Position numbers and translations under genes: made by a program. Shown here in pieces: positions 12,001 to 18,491 of a stretch of DNA of 46,484 nt. This DNA comes from a virus. Lineage: Duplodnaviria > Caudoviricetes. Below the pieces are notes generated by a model, which did not search any database, was not told the DNA's origin, and saw nothing but the letters and a program-made list of their open reading frames with translations. Position 1 is the first letter of the stretch, and every line of letters starts with the position of its first letter. Location: positions 1 through 46,484 of the IMG/VR virus record IMGVR_UViG_3300012667_000478. One strand, 5' to 3'.

Positions 12001-13001
12001 TTGCTAAAATGTCAGATGTTTTTGGATTTGAAACAGCACCTGTAACTGTTAAAATAGATGGTAAAAATGTTGTTGTTAATCATCCTTTATTTCCACAATT
12101 TATGAAATTTAAAGTTGATGGAGAAACTAAAGTATATGAATTACAAACTGCAAGAAATTCAGATAAATTAGCAGGTAGTATTGTTGGATTAGAAGCTACT
12201 TATGTAGCAATAGAAAATACAGGTACTAAAGGAGTTAGTTTATTTTTTGCAGGTTCTTATGAAAAAGCATTAGCAATTACAGAAAAAGTTGAATCTACTC
12301 CAGAAGAAGCAGAAGAAATTCAAGAAGAATCTATTGATGAATTACCTTTTGATGTTGAAATAACTAAATCTAATTATACAAGAAAAGAAGTTCAAAATAA
12401 CCCTGATGTTGCATATGTTTTTACAGAAAATACACATAGTATTACTGCATTCCCTAATACTCAAGGAGGTGGTTCTGCTATAATTAGACCTGAACCAAAT
12501 GCTTTTGCTATTGTAACTAAAAAGAAATATGATTATAATACTAAAGAAAATGTAGATTATACTGATACACAAGCAAACTTTAAAGAATTTACAAGTATAA
12601 ATGCAAAGCTTATTAATGAACTTAAAGAATCAGGTTTATCTAAAATTGTATTTCCTCAAGGTTTTGCTACAGATAAAGCAGTAATGCCTACAAGATTTGC
12701 AAAATGGTTACAAAAAGAATTATTAGATAATTTTGGATTAGTTACAGAACTTAATTCTACTAAAACAGGACTAATTAGTAAATCTGTTCAAGCACCTTCT
12801 AATATTGTTGAAGAAAACATTTTGTCAGATGAAGAAAAAGCTGTATCTTTAGAAGCAGAAGAAGAAAATCCTAATTCTGTAGTAGTAATGTCTGCTGAAG
12901 AACTAGATTTTCTTAATTCTTTTGATGAAGATTATGAAGAAGATAATAATGAAGATGAAGATGAAGATACTCCAGCGTGTGATGGAGGTATGTCAATTTA
13001 A
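3..13001 (+). CDS. Giant virion cargo polyprotein containing a crAss-like virion RNA polymerase and a zincin-like protease domain (5'-truncated)
   Basis: The frame is open from position 3 (AGTTIGAAITGAAWSKG-M54), so the true start lies upstream of the window. HEAFH is at 4971-4985 with a downstream EEHLAD. YRIPT (~9459-9473) precedes GADFDID (DFDID 9579-9593), the catalytic DxDxD variant of crAss-like two-barrel RNAPs. Confidence 0.9.
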   Translation, partial: AGTTIGAAITGAAWSKGMSLVGKALGAAGSAEEAATIIAEAAESGIAASADKLKYVSDQALKKTIKDGARQGTIAITSASGESGAEAREAEKNVYYKLTHDDFGNEKRMSEGELEYAKMMSQQAGDAAFAMNLPVIMADNWITFGKALFGNKTNDFAKIIKEGAILDEATGAYKIAEKGKYANLGYRASKIGGTMASEGTQEQLQFAIGKTVEDYYKKKYYNPNATDFADSMTKGLAEAYGTQEGWHSGIIGALSAGIAGPGIVLASRGGKAFKDEYITNPEDAIIAKGVQSLNEYNADVVRKKFVDNYVRSANLTEDKDEALANNNDFDYHNANEDMIFSYIYNRMQNGKLEDVKKELDAFKDLTVEELETNYGIKINVNNKSKVDELTSTNAVKKFVESRMEKITAIEDTYNAVTKLFPSANPDVKELLMYSAQGLESSKKRSKELGESVSKILLGENNLGGQQLSTIIPGMLITPATFAKDFVKMSKEQKTNILNYIESSDEISPLNKQDISNKLKDLESLKERENDFVAAYNALKNPEVQNEFLKQSETLWGKYSKIEETKKAQEAAAQQAANQPAAQPPVNPNNPVNPVNPKAPVNPTNQPGAVNPYTQWYTDNNLNYNSSEEEITNSLQDDVDNGILSNEQAAEIFSDWNNNKGTQPAVSQQPESIEGQSQSVLRTETKNRDSNVTQFEGKSIFLGELRANFGLASFSEVQELLKTIISEGKDINKHVRFTVTANNKVTLNLVYAGGLHFLPVSIIEEFGLFKDKADTELTPEQLEQKKRFQEVIDLFYNENGPKTVQEINELHDKGVIKVNLKEFLNYTISNVDSNGDFIDPLMEFDYLDYLLDENGNPNYIVKDGARELSDDVQGDFTAFEEIDNEITDGYHLLVEGLQQPIKLRLAQNKEAGALLEQLGKDIKEAIDANASTADIQDLVKKFNEQVFFALKPKGKTSVGINLRFDETNGLHLRKSVLSKEDPNGERKTNAILDKKEFDAINNSSLDIDQKTEKIAELSKKGTMPSLTNIHPDKLTLDFLIEQINNSNLTSGARPFKAEDIKYNSPFNDSKQLETSRFEAPIGVEGIKKYNIEISANIPIAPVQTPVQTTTTTPTEEEAKRIDQFNRAKKSGLERIKNSNNPQVIFTEINRLQEALKNTKGSELTPEEQTFINEKLKELKDKGYTFIARKGTIIQEGDVIELQDSTFLELNEIKDSENELIQEELNRRKKLKQKLIDNGYTEKEAIIQAKLHPDDNIGIVSRDVKVTLLKDGVLEKVGKVTTRYTDIKNAELAALEGAPTSTPTDLEAQKADIENKLGIDFTKFYWMGTGQTIDDIFKGKNQGSDNTVSAKNVIGYDLGNGYFAIGMNGHSVDKSRPNNNKIEFKIFNKGNELFILSFTKTGSDVWTETDLNTIKKQLALRGGFISKLSAEDILQKVNIAKNKYDAELKALEGTTTLTNEEQLAKYRADEQAEYDAMSDPNDTAKKQEIWNRYNDLITNLSEANKPFTGKQAEIKDVLIDKNGEKYTVTSLSIVGKNKKIHYVRESGGGGAWTQADFENFISTGSLEYYTEESIDDPLNVQRGKQDDDDNVFSVGDEESTGITQEEINSIKAILPKFISIDDIKTIARNLKVNGIPYGVFKNKVIYLNTAKGKPGTAYHEAFHAVFRTMLTDEQIDKYLKAAQKDFIKSGKNMEQEINNLILKVPAYINKTKNELTELVLEEHLADKFSEVAQKPMSQIKESDNYLKQLWFKIKEFFKNLTNFNDLDILFSNILKGSFVNSSEIGNRFSNSTDSVFKLLPRFVGGYFSAEQSRKFVNTFAAKLYKIKIGDIKDIEYYNVQEVNGNQIKTLKSDENLLELLVAERLDELNNAGVAYIKSQFPNAQSDNYKLALSKLNDERRLLLDTEKAYNGESSIDILKSAVLGKLNTFNFETTEDDQEKQEYKDKFSSQEAWLSGGHDSLSKVIKSYIGFSTMPEVDEITGLVREVAVDEVAVYNGLIRLLADTNKEDMIAKLHYSTRGNDNPNVKSFYEQVLKDLEIAYDPETNSVVLPKNQNKINVYNAILTAFDKSNIQMINAFQKENFKGDVEGFGWMKANTRDTGKITLDRWASKLLFLSKNGLNIKKLAAIEKQLDTIAKKYYSAEKIKDISEDVQSVQDLFNQFGVSLTKPYIEYSLLKQKESFEEVNKTQKYFTKDQLNILKLNEEVVPISWALFEPTGGFSLSKSVDGNILNLYKGKKVDNELTVIAENNAIFDETTANFSFTNAEGERVYEIISKSAVIAAIIKFNTTNFAESITGRIKRDEKGRILRDDKGMLIFEEGTATANSSDSIESKNIEFLKSNWLLNKYSELFNKGRKAGIKLNMLSGFVDTTFNQGKTKGGIVFGKFDQRTYLLSSLGLFYNNGKNSNTARYQFRQNESSGTSYVVELPKINVQGKNFTTVGNFFVNQFTTEYNRIKREAQEFKKNGPGNIKTYNTSLSDRAFDFTEFQYLQDLLDPKGATGSMVIYNQIKNAAIDGQELSDDHLQKVLSAIGITGNEILDKKGNTTTMYTPTGQGLLGINFAEFKKDCERNRIKDFLPADLKDNNGSIDNFLYEFYINDYMMSLSFNELLDGDYALNRKSKDEISKRHKGGIASGNSYGKGKHNSSIIKGIKTKITTKTIDGKLLTITNEDVVVKYYDENGKEVNGDDNFKTKKSFAVINNTEYELAEYEPNDAQSYASQYHMMMGALRQGRLDETTREIYKQLIQFTRKDANGNVVKKINVGDKNVPGFDNFSIQHLFNTVSSFNSKKTVVFDGLKGQYLKMSEIAIVRSAVSYVEDYNVDKFVDLTNRLFDHIFQDDFESASYRSLVREISKLYKPIPGMEDLHNLANQQDLHEIDHTAVESASKGATYVAQDPSSTDFNLSKSKFEVINENKRNQVETPTGKSEVTVGSQILGIITSEQDDTKTVNFQGKLIKIGKLKEIYYSSINTTRDVAFKNAIKIIKDVKGEILEYGKNNPGTIDITKLDEYVKRAILNSGADASLTEFFDTPYNYNMVQKLVKAEQVVLAHFSKGVLAQKTNGDKVSLVSGIGFKLVRDLSTGEIISHHQVVKDPAKYADKSKYSTDSRLQYNAKDPVTGELYSECALSQQILTRHGLKIGDKITPEMTEVMRSLGYRIPTGDKQSAISLRVVSLLPDYYNGSGIFPDELVYLSGADFDIDSEFIQMPYFWYKKSSPTVPIKYGIDLNNDDKWEAYKFYNLNYNKDFVRIYKDAVKTLKITNPEYLELKDLLNYNNEIIANYKESTENSPSKKQALNELYALTKQLRSQIEGLENFIYQATSEELGLPKTQSDYEKSKSPSPPVDANNTGLDAMITLLSNEYVSNITNATTSTEEVIKTRDKILKEGFVKSSNTKIKSEHRVVHDIVGKFNDNVKNSEGSQGIGPIANKIQQFAFLMSKITSKNREVVFDENAFTFKLADTSGGVYKALNKDGKRIADQLNMLLNMFTDNAKDPIAGTLNIKLELLGGMAEMIMQGMSFENAVKIINIPIIQEYGQLIKTLSYGKKNNIEEKFTKFGSQKEAIQRIIYGEVDPTTGKYLKEFTYDELTELKQNKNFTNVSVSEIENILKGNESKGTQIEIFMQFLKVVDQGDLMSDVNTFLKLNQGLDISFTELHHDLHKAIDNFQIHGLIGTKDQGLATVTKPHIDIAPLLEQDVNTLENIKRALFVDKQVGQKIFIEQTQVFKFELNKLFPSLSVSFRNKQDELQKLSKAFLGQVSSLGYQEWLKNLLESPETNEANKKLISQKLDALNFGLLFSSLNDESKITLAKQLEVLQSHNTTKNNYFIRYIASRFYDATAVTEKFNPKFDYIETRSFVKESDATMSLLIDSVKDLFNKKAILDDTTQLTAKQFVDNMFNYLMVKDNMQFKNNSLSKFLPVTMFGQYSKMLDKMVESFVTNSKFAENFDLAELAYNFRKIYATDVNTPFGAVKYKEIKAEYENEVVTKDKKLYFKVKGKGNEFKDSLAKMSDVFGFETAPVTVKIDGKNVVVNHPLFPQFMKFKVDGETKVYELQTARNSDKLAGSIVGLEATYVAIENTGTKGVSLFFAGSYEKALAITEKVESTPEEAEEIQEESIDELPFDVEITKSNYTRKEVQNNPDVAYVFTENTHSITAFPNTQGGGSAIIRPEPNAFAIVTKKKYDYNTKENVDYTDTQANFKEFTSINAKLINELKESGLSKIVFPQGFATDKAVMPTRFAKWLQKELLDNFGLVTELNSTKTGLISKSVQAPSNIVEENILSDEEKAVSLEAEEENPNSVVVMSAEELDFLNSFDEDYEEDNNEDEDEDTPACDGGMSI
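1700..1835 (+). repeat. Low-complexity Ala/Gln/Pro/Asn linker (AAQQAANQPAAQPPVNPNNPVNPVNP)
   Basis: Tandem ccagttaa(c/t) units encode PVN repeats. Confidence 0.7.
3862..4372 (+). repeat. Intragenic direct repeat (AELxALEG-T-rich) bounding variable modules
   Basis: ATGCAGAACTA-nnn-GCTTTAGAAGGT-nCA-nCTACT occurs at 3862 and at 4330. Confidence 0.75.
12821..12851 (+). promoter_or_regulatory. Bacteroidota-type promoter embedded in the 3' end of the RNAP gene
   Basis: TTTG (12821-24), 19 nt, TATCTTTA (12844-51), against the consensus TTTG-N19-21-TAnnTTTG. It lies ~160 nt upstream of the next gene. Confidence 0.5.
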
Positions 13002-13012
13002 AATATAAAAAT

Positions 13013-13510
13013 ATGGGATGTTTAATACACAAAGAATCAAAACTTAATGCTTTACAAGTATTAAAAGATGAAAATATAATTACTAATACAAGAGAAATAC
13101 TTGATGAACAAGCTTTTGATGATAAGCATGCATCTTTATTATCTGCAGTAAATAGAATTTATAAGTTAGCTTTAAACAGTCTTTTTGATAAAGAAGGTTC
13201 AAATGTTGCTAAGTTTGGAATTAAAGAAACTCCTTACAATAGAACAGATAGTAGATCTGATATTGTTAGAGCTAAACCAAAAGATGAATCTTTTAATCAA
13301 ATAGATAATGTTCGTAAAGCTTTAGGTATTTATGACTCTAAAGAATCTATTGGTGAGTATAGAAAAAGAATGGGATTAGTAGGTAAATCTATGAAATCTG
13401 AAACTTCTACAGATGAAGATATTTATAATCCCTCAGATTATGATGGTATTCAAGATTTTGAAAAGTTAGTAGAATCAGAAGAAATAAAACAATTTTGCAA
13501 AATAAGATAA
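13013..13510 (+). CDS. Hypothetical protein, probable virion cargo-associated
   Basis: 165-aa ORF tightly packed between the two large cargo genes; Cys only near each terminus. Confidence 0.75.
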   Translation: MGCLIHKESKLNALQVLKDENIITNTREILDEQAFDDKHASLLSAVNRIYKLALNSLFDKEGSNVAKFGIKETPYNRTDSRSDIVRAKPKDESFNQIDNVRKALGIYDSKESIGEYRKRMGLVGKSMKSETSTDEDIYNPSDYDGIQDFEKLVESEEIKQFCKIR

Positions 13511-13511
13511 T

Positions 13512-16500
13512 ATGGCATGTTTATACATATATAATAGTGGATCAGGAGAAAAAACCTACACTAAAGAAGAATTAATTGATTATTTAAAACAAAATCCTTT
13601 ATTTAATAAAATAATTACAGGTCCAGATTTTAAAAACATTGATGATTTAATAGATAGTGTTAGTAGAAAAGTTAAAATAGGTACTGAAGAATTTAAAGAT
13701 GTACCTGAAGAGGTAGCTGAAAAACTTCGTACTTTAAAAACAAATTCTAAAATTATTAAGTTAACACCTGATGGTAAAAATTATATAAATACTTTAACAG
13801 GTAGATTATATAAAAGGGTTACTTCAGTATTTAAAGATAGTCCAGAAGATAGTGATTTACTAACTAGTGCTTCTACAATAGGTACTAAAATAGATACTTT
13901 AGTTCGTGATTTCTTTAATGGTAGTTTAAAATCTGATACTTCAGCATATGGTATTTCTTCACCTGCTGAATATAATTCATTTATAAAACAATTAGAAAGA
14001 TTAAAAAAGAAATTTGAAGCTTCTGGAGAAACAGTTATTGCTGATGATATTTTAGTATATAATGATGAAGTTGGAGTAGCAGGAACTGTAGATTTACTAA
14101 CCTATGATAAACAAGGTAATATTCGTATCTATGATATGAAAACTATGAGAGGTAACAACTTTCAAAGTTATTATCCTGGAGATTCTAATAACAAATATGA
14201 AAGTACTAAATATGGTATGAGTAAAAGAGAACAACACTCTAAACAATTATCTTTGTATAGAATTTTATTAAATAATACAAATGGTTTAGAAGCTTCTGAA
14301 TTATTTATATTACCTATTGCTATAGATTATAATGCTAAAGATACTGAAACTAAATCTGCTGAGTTATTACCTACTGTAAAATTAGAAATAGAAGATTCTG
14401 TAAAAGATATTAGTTTTAAACCAGAATTTAAAAAAGAAGAAGAACCTGCTAAAGAACTTTCTCAAAGAGCAAAAGAAAGACTTAAAGCTTTTATTGATAA
14501 ACAAATTGATGTTTTAAGAAAACGTATTGTTGAATTTGAAACAGCTAAAGAAAGAAAAGGATTTTTACCTAAAAAAGAAACATTAGATAATTTAAATTAT
14601 CTTAAAGAACAATTGAGTAATTTAGAAAATGTTGATGCATTTTTTGAACAAACTAAATTTATTCATAATGAATTAAAAACTACTGAAAACTTTTTAGATA
14701 CTAAATTTGATATTAAAAATAGTGAACATGCTCATATTTTATTTCAAATTCTTAAACAATTAAATCAGTATAGTGACATGGCTGAGATATTACCTTCAAT
14801 GTCAGAATATAATCCTACAATTAAAAAGGAAGCTTTTGAAATTGATTCTATGTATCAAAATGTAAAAGCTAGAGTTAATGAATTACTTGAAATGCATTTT
14901 AAAGAATTTGTAAAATCTAATTCTAGTAGAAAACTTACAGAAGATGAACTTAGTGCTATGATTAAAGAAATGAAAGATATTTCTTGGCAAGAAGGTAAAT
15001 TAGGTGGTTTATCAAATAGTATGAATCCTTTATTACAGTTATATCACAAACATGTTGAGGAAACTCGTGAAAAAGTTTATGATAAAACTAATAAACACAT
15101 GGATGAAATTATTGCTGCTGGTCAAAAATTAAAAGATGCAGGAATTCAAGGATTTGATTGGATGTTTCAAAAAATTAATGGTATTAAAACTGGTAGAATT
15201 TTACAAAGAGTATCTAATAAATACTATGAAGCTAAAAAAGCATTTGATGAAACTTTAAAAAATGAATATGGTGATCCAAAAGAATACCATCAAGGTCCAT
15301 TAAGTACATTAACTCAAGCTCAAATTAATGAAAATATAAAACTAGGTGAGCTAAAAAAAGCTAGGGCAAATTTTATGTCTGCTGAAGTTAGTGATGAGCA
15401 AGGAATTAGAGATGGTGAAGTTCATAAATTTAGTGATAAATTTAAAGAACAAAGAAACATTTATGAAATGCAAATTATTACCAATAATGGTAAAATGAAA
15501 TGGATTCCTAGACCTTTTGTTGCAGGTAGTGTTAATGAAAAAGGAGTTAAATTAACACCTGAAGATTATGATAAATTATACAAATCTTATAGAAGAACAT
15601 ATTATACTGAAACAAAAGAATATCCTGTTTTAAATAAAGTAAAAATAGGTAATGAATATGTTCCAGATGGTTCTGTAGTTATGAAAAAAATGAGTTTTGT
15701 AAAATCAGAACATATTGAAATTGTTACAGAAGTTAATGGTAAACCTACAAAGTTTGCTGATGCTGAATATTATAGATTAATGGGTGATAATACAAAAGAT
15801 GGTAAATTAAAAAGAGAATATTTTGAATTTTATAAAGCTAAATCTGCAGAATTATTAGCAAATGTTCCTCAAAAACATGCTACTAAAATGAAGAATAATA
15901 TATTTAGGATTAAAAGTTCATTAATTAATGACATTCAATCTTTAGGTGTATTTGAAACTGTTAAAAAAGGTATTAGAAACTTTATTAATCCTGATATTAT
16001 TGTTAGTCAGGAAATGTTAGATGAGAATGGTAATCCAATAGAAGATATTCCTGTAGCATTTATGGGAAATCTTAAAAGTAATAAATCTATTGAAAATTTA
16101 AATAAAAAACTTGCTGATTTAAGAGCACAATTAATTAAAACACCTAATGATAAATCTTTAACTAATAAAATTATGTTAGCTAAAAGTTTACTATTACAAG
16201 AAGAACAAAAATTAACAGTTGATGAATTAGAATTAGATATGACTAAATCATTATCTAAGTTTGCACAAATGTCTGAAAACTATGCTTTAATGAAAGAAGC
16301 AGAAGGAAGTTTATTAATGTTAAGACATGTAATTAACAACACTAAATATTTTAAATTAAATTCCGCACAACAAAAAGAATATCTTGATTCTAAAAATACT
16401 AATACTATTAAAAGACTTGATACTTATATGAGAATGATATTTTATTCTAATTCTACAGCTAATCAGACAAAATCTGCAAAGCTCATACAGAATTTTAATA

Positions 16501-17723
16501 AGATGCTTGCTTATAAATCATTAGGTTTAAATCCTTTTTCAGGTATAAACAATGCTGTTATGGCCAATATTAATAATAGGATTGAAGCTTTTGGTGGTCA
16601 GTTTGGATGGGGTAATAGTAATCTATTTAAAGCCCAAGGTATTGTTACAGGATATATAACAAGTACTAGTCCTACTAAATATTTTGGTAAAGATAGATTT
16701 TTAGTTAAACCAACTAATAAATTTGAAGCAATGCTTAAAAAGTTTAATTGGATTGATCAAAATCAAATTATTGAAGATAGTTCTACTTTAAGTAAAGTAA
16801 TGTTTATGGGTATTACAGGAGGAGAGTTTTTAGCACAATCTAGTACAGCTATTGCTAAATTAGATTCAGAAATGCTAACTAATTCTAAAACTGGTGAAAA
16901 ATTATCAGTTTGGGATGCTCATGAATTTGTTAATGGAGAATTAAAACTTAAAGATGGATTTGAATATTCAGATAGTTCTCGTATTAAAGTTACTGTTAAT
17001 ATTAAAAACATGAATAAAATGATTCATGGTAACTACAGTGAAAATGATAAAGTTGCTATGCAAGAAACAGCATTAGGACAATCTGCAATGCAGTTTAAAA
17101 AATGGATGTATAACTTTGGTAAATCTAGATGGGGTAATACTTATTATGATGAATCAATGCAAAATAATGTTGAAGGAAGATATAGAACTGTTGGTAATTT
17201 TATAGCATTACTTAAAGCTGGTCAAATGTATGATTGGAATAGTATTAAAGGAGCATTTAATTCATTAGAAGATTATCAAAAATCTAATATGAAAAAATTT
17301 GCAGCAGAAGGTATGTATTGGATGATGACATTTGCATTAATGATAGTATTAGAAAGTATTGCTAAAGGTGTTGATGATGATGATGAAGAATTAAAAATGT
17401 TTGTAAACTTTTTAAGAAAACAATCTGATAGAATTGGTGGAGAATTAGATGGAGCTATAAATCCTAAAACAATTTACGCAAATATTAAATCACCTGTTGC
17501 AGGTATGAGAATGTTAAATGATTTTGGTCAATTATTAGTAGAAACTATTAAATTACCTCCTGCATATTTATTTGGGGATGATAAAGATTTATATATTGCT
17601 AAAGGTCCTAATAAAGGAAGTTTAAAATGGTCTAAAGAATTTAGAGATATTGTTCCAGTAGCTAATTTAAGAGGACAATTTGACCAACTAATGACTTCCG
17701 GCAACTATTACATTGGTAAATAA
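13512..17723 (+). CDS. Large virion cargo/ejection protein with N-terminal PD-(D/E)xK nuclease domain
   Basis: VAGTVDLL...IYDMKT...QLSLY (RecB/Cas4-like motifs), a long helical body, a hydrophobic segment near the C-terminus (YWMMTFALMIVL), and position next to the RNAP gene as in crAss-like phages. Confidence 0.8.
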   Translation: MACLYIYNSGSGEKTYTKEELIDYLKQNPLFNKIITGPDFKNIDDLIDSVSRKVKIGTEEFKDVPEEVAEKLRTLKTNSKIIKLTPDGKNYINTLTGRLYKRVTSVFKDSPEDSDLLTSASTIGTKIDTLVRDFFNGSLKSDTSAYGISSPAEYNSFIKQLERLKKKFEASGETVIADDILVYNDEVGVAGTVDLLTYDKQGNIRIYDMKTMRGNNFQSYYPGDSNNKYESTKYGMSKREQHSKQLSLYRILLNNTNGLEASELFILPIAIDYNAKDTETKSAELLPTVKLEIEDSVKDISFKPEFKKEEEPAKELSQRAKERLKAFIDKQIDVLRKRIVEFETAKERKGFLPKKETLDNLNYLKEQLSNLENVDAFFEQTKFIHNELKTTENFLDTKFDIKNSEHAHILFQILKQLNQYSDMAEILPSMSEYNPTIKKEAFEIDSMYQNVKARVNELLEMHFKEFVKSNSSRKLTEDELSAMIKEMKDISWQEGKLGGLSNSMNPLLQLYHKHVEETREKVYDKTNKHMDEIIAAGQKLKDAGIQGFDWMFQKINGIKTGRILQRVSNKYYEAKKAFDETLKNEYGDPKEYHQGPLSTLTQAQINENIKLGELKKARANFMSAEVSDEQGIRDGEVHKFSDKFKEQRNIYEMQIITNNGKMKWIPRPFVAGSVNEKGVKLTPEDYDKLYKSYRRTYYTETKEYPVLNKVKIGNEYVPDGSVVMKKMSFVKSEHIEIVTEVNGKPTKFADAEYYRLMGDNTKDGKLKREYFEFYKAKSAELLANVPQKHATKMKNNIFRIKSSLINDIQSLGVFETVKKGIRNFINPDIIVSQEMLDENGNPIEDIPVAFMGNLKSNKSIENLNKKLADLRAQLIKTPNDKSLTNKIMLAKSLLLQEEQKLTVDELELDMTKSLSKFAQMSENYALMKEAEGSLLMLRHVINNTKYFKLNSAQQKEYLDSKNTNTIKRLDTYMRMIFYSNSTANQTKSAKLIQNFNKMLAYKSLGLNPFSGINNAVMANINNRIEAFGGQFGWGNSNLFKAQGIVTGYITSTSPTKYFGKDRFLVKPTNKFEAMLKKFNWIDQNQIIEDSSTLSKVMFMGITGGEFLAQSSTAIAKLDSEMLTNSKTGEKLSVWDAHEFVNGELKLKDGFEYSDSSRIKVTVNIKNMNKMIHGNYSENDKVAMQETALGQSAMQFKKWMYNFGKSRWGNTYYDESMQNNVEGRYRTVGNFIALLKAGQMYDWNSIKGAFNSLEDYQKSNMKKFAAEGMYWMMTFALMIVLESIAKGVDDDDEELKMFVNFLRKQSDRIGGELDGAINPKTIYANIKSPVAGMRMLNDFGQLLVETIKLPPAYLFGDDKDLYIAKGPNKGSLKWSKEFRDIVPVANLRGQFDQLMTSGNYYIGK

Positions 17724-17725
17724 GG

Positions 17726-17797
17726 TCACTGAATAAGGACACTAAAGCCCTTTGTTTTTAATTGTAGCAGACTGCTACTTGTTGTGATGGTTTTCAT
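17726..17797 (-). CDS. Putative 23-aa micro-ORF (MKTITTSSSLLQLKTKGFSVLIQ)
   Basis: Its ATG is preceded by the same AAAACTATC leader found before early genes at 44-46 kb. Confidence 0.3.
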   Translation of the reverse strand: MKTITTSSSLLQLKTKGFSVLIQ

Positions 17798-17820
17798 TGT
17801 TGATAGTTTTAAGGTTAAAA

Positions 17821-17858
17821 AATTAAACCCCTTAGTGATTGCTAAGGGGTTTTTAATT
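17821..17858. terminator. Bidirectional intrinsic terminator between convergent modules
   Basis: AAACCCCTTAG-tgattg-CTAAGGGGTTT stem flanked by A and T tracts at the strand switch. Confidence 0.85.
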
Positions 17859-18246
17859 ATACTGACTCTTTGATTCTAAATTTTAATTCTTCTTTAAATA
17901 ATTCTTCATAAAGCTGATTATTTCTAGTCCAACCACCATCTAAAATTGCTTGAATATGATCAGATGTCATATCTTTAATTGGATTATAAATAGTTTTAGG
18001 TAATCTATTCATATCTTTATCATAGTTGTTACCCCATGTAAGATATTGCCTTCTAAGTTCATGTGAACCATCATCATCTATTGAAGTATCTGTAAAATCA
18101 GATAATTCAGTAAACATTGTTTTTCTATAATCTTTACCTCCATCTACACTAATTTTACCACATTTACATGTGACAAAATCATGTCTATGTTTAGATTCTA
18201 TTTCATCATTACAATGATTACATTTTATGCTATTTCTTAATATCAT
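17857..18246 (-). CDS. Zn-finger phage protein (CxxC...HxHDFxxCxCG...VDGG family)
   Basis: RNSIKCNHCNDEIESKHRHDFVTCKCGKISVDGG, a motif common in phage hypothetical proteins. Confidence 0.75.
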   Translation of the reverse strand: MILRNSIKCNHCNDEIESKHRHDFVTCKCGKISVDGGKDYRKTMFTELSDFTDTSIDDDGSHELRRQYLTWGNNYDKDMNRLPKTIYNPIKDMTSDHIQAILDGGWTRNNQLYEELFKEELKFRIKESV

Positions 18247-18491
18247 TTAAAATAAGTTTTTAATATATTCAACAAATTAAGTTTTAATTTAATTGTATCA
18301 TATTTGTTAGTAATAGGATTATGTTTAATAACTTCTCCTTGTTGTTTGATTAATCTTTTAACTCCACACAACCTGCAATCTACTGCTCTACCTTTGTCTG
18401 ATTTTAATTGATATTTTCTAGGATTAACCTTAAACCAAATCAAAGGTTTTAACTTATTGCATTTAAAACATCTTTTAATATATTTATTCAT
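18243..18491 (-). CDS. Small CxxC-CxxC zinc-binding protein
   Basis: CFKC...CRLC; overlaps both neighbours. Confidence 0.65.
   Translation of the reverse strand: MNKYIKRCFKCNKLKPLIWFKVNPRKYQLKSDKGRAVDCRLCGVKRLIKQQGEVIKHNPITNKYDTIKLKLNLLNILKTYFK

Noticed and set aside
2804-12572. Minus-strand ORFs 2804-3001, 6806-7084 and 12342-12572
   Set aside because: Short antisense shadows inside the giant gene, with no motifs.
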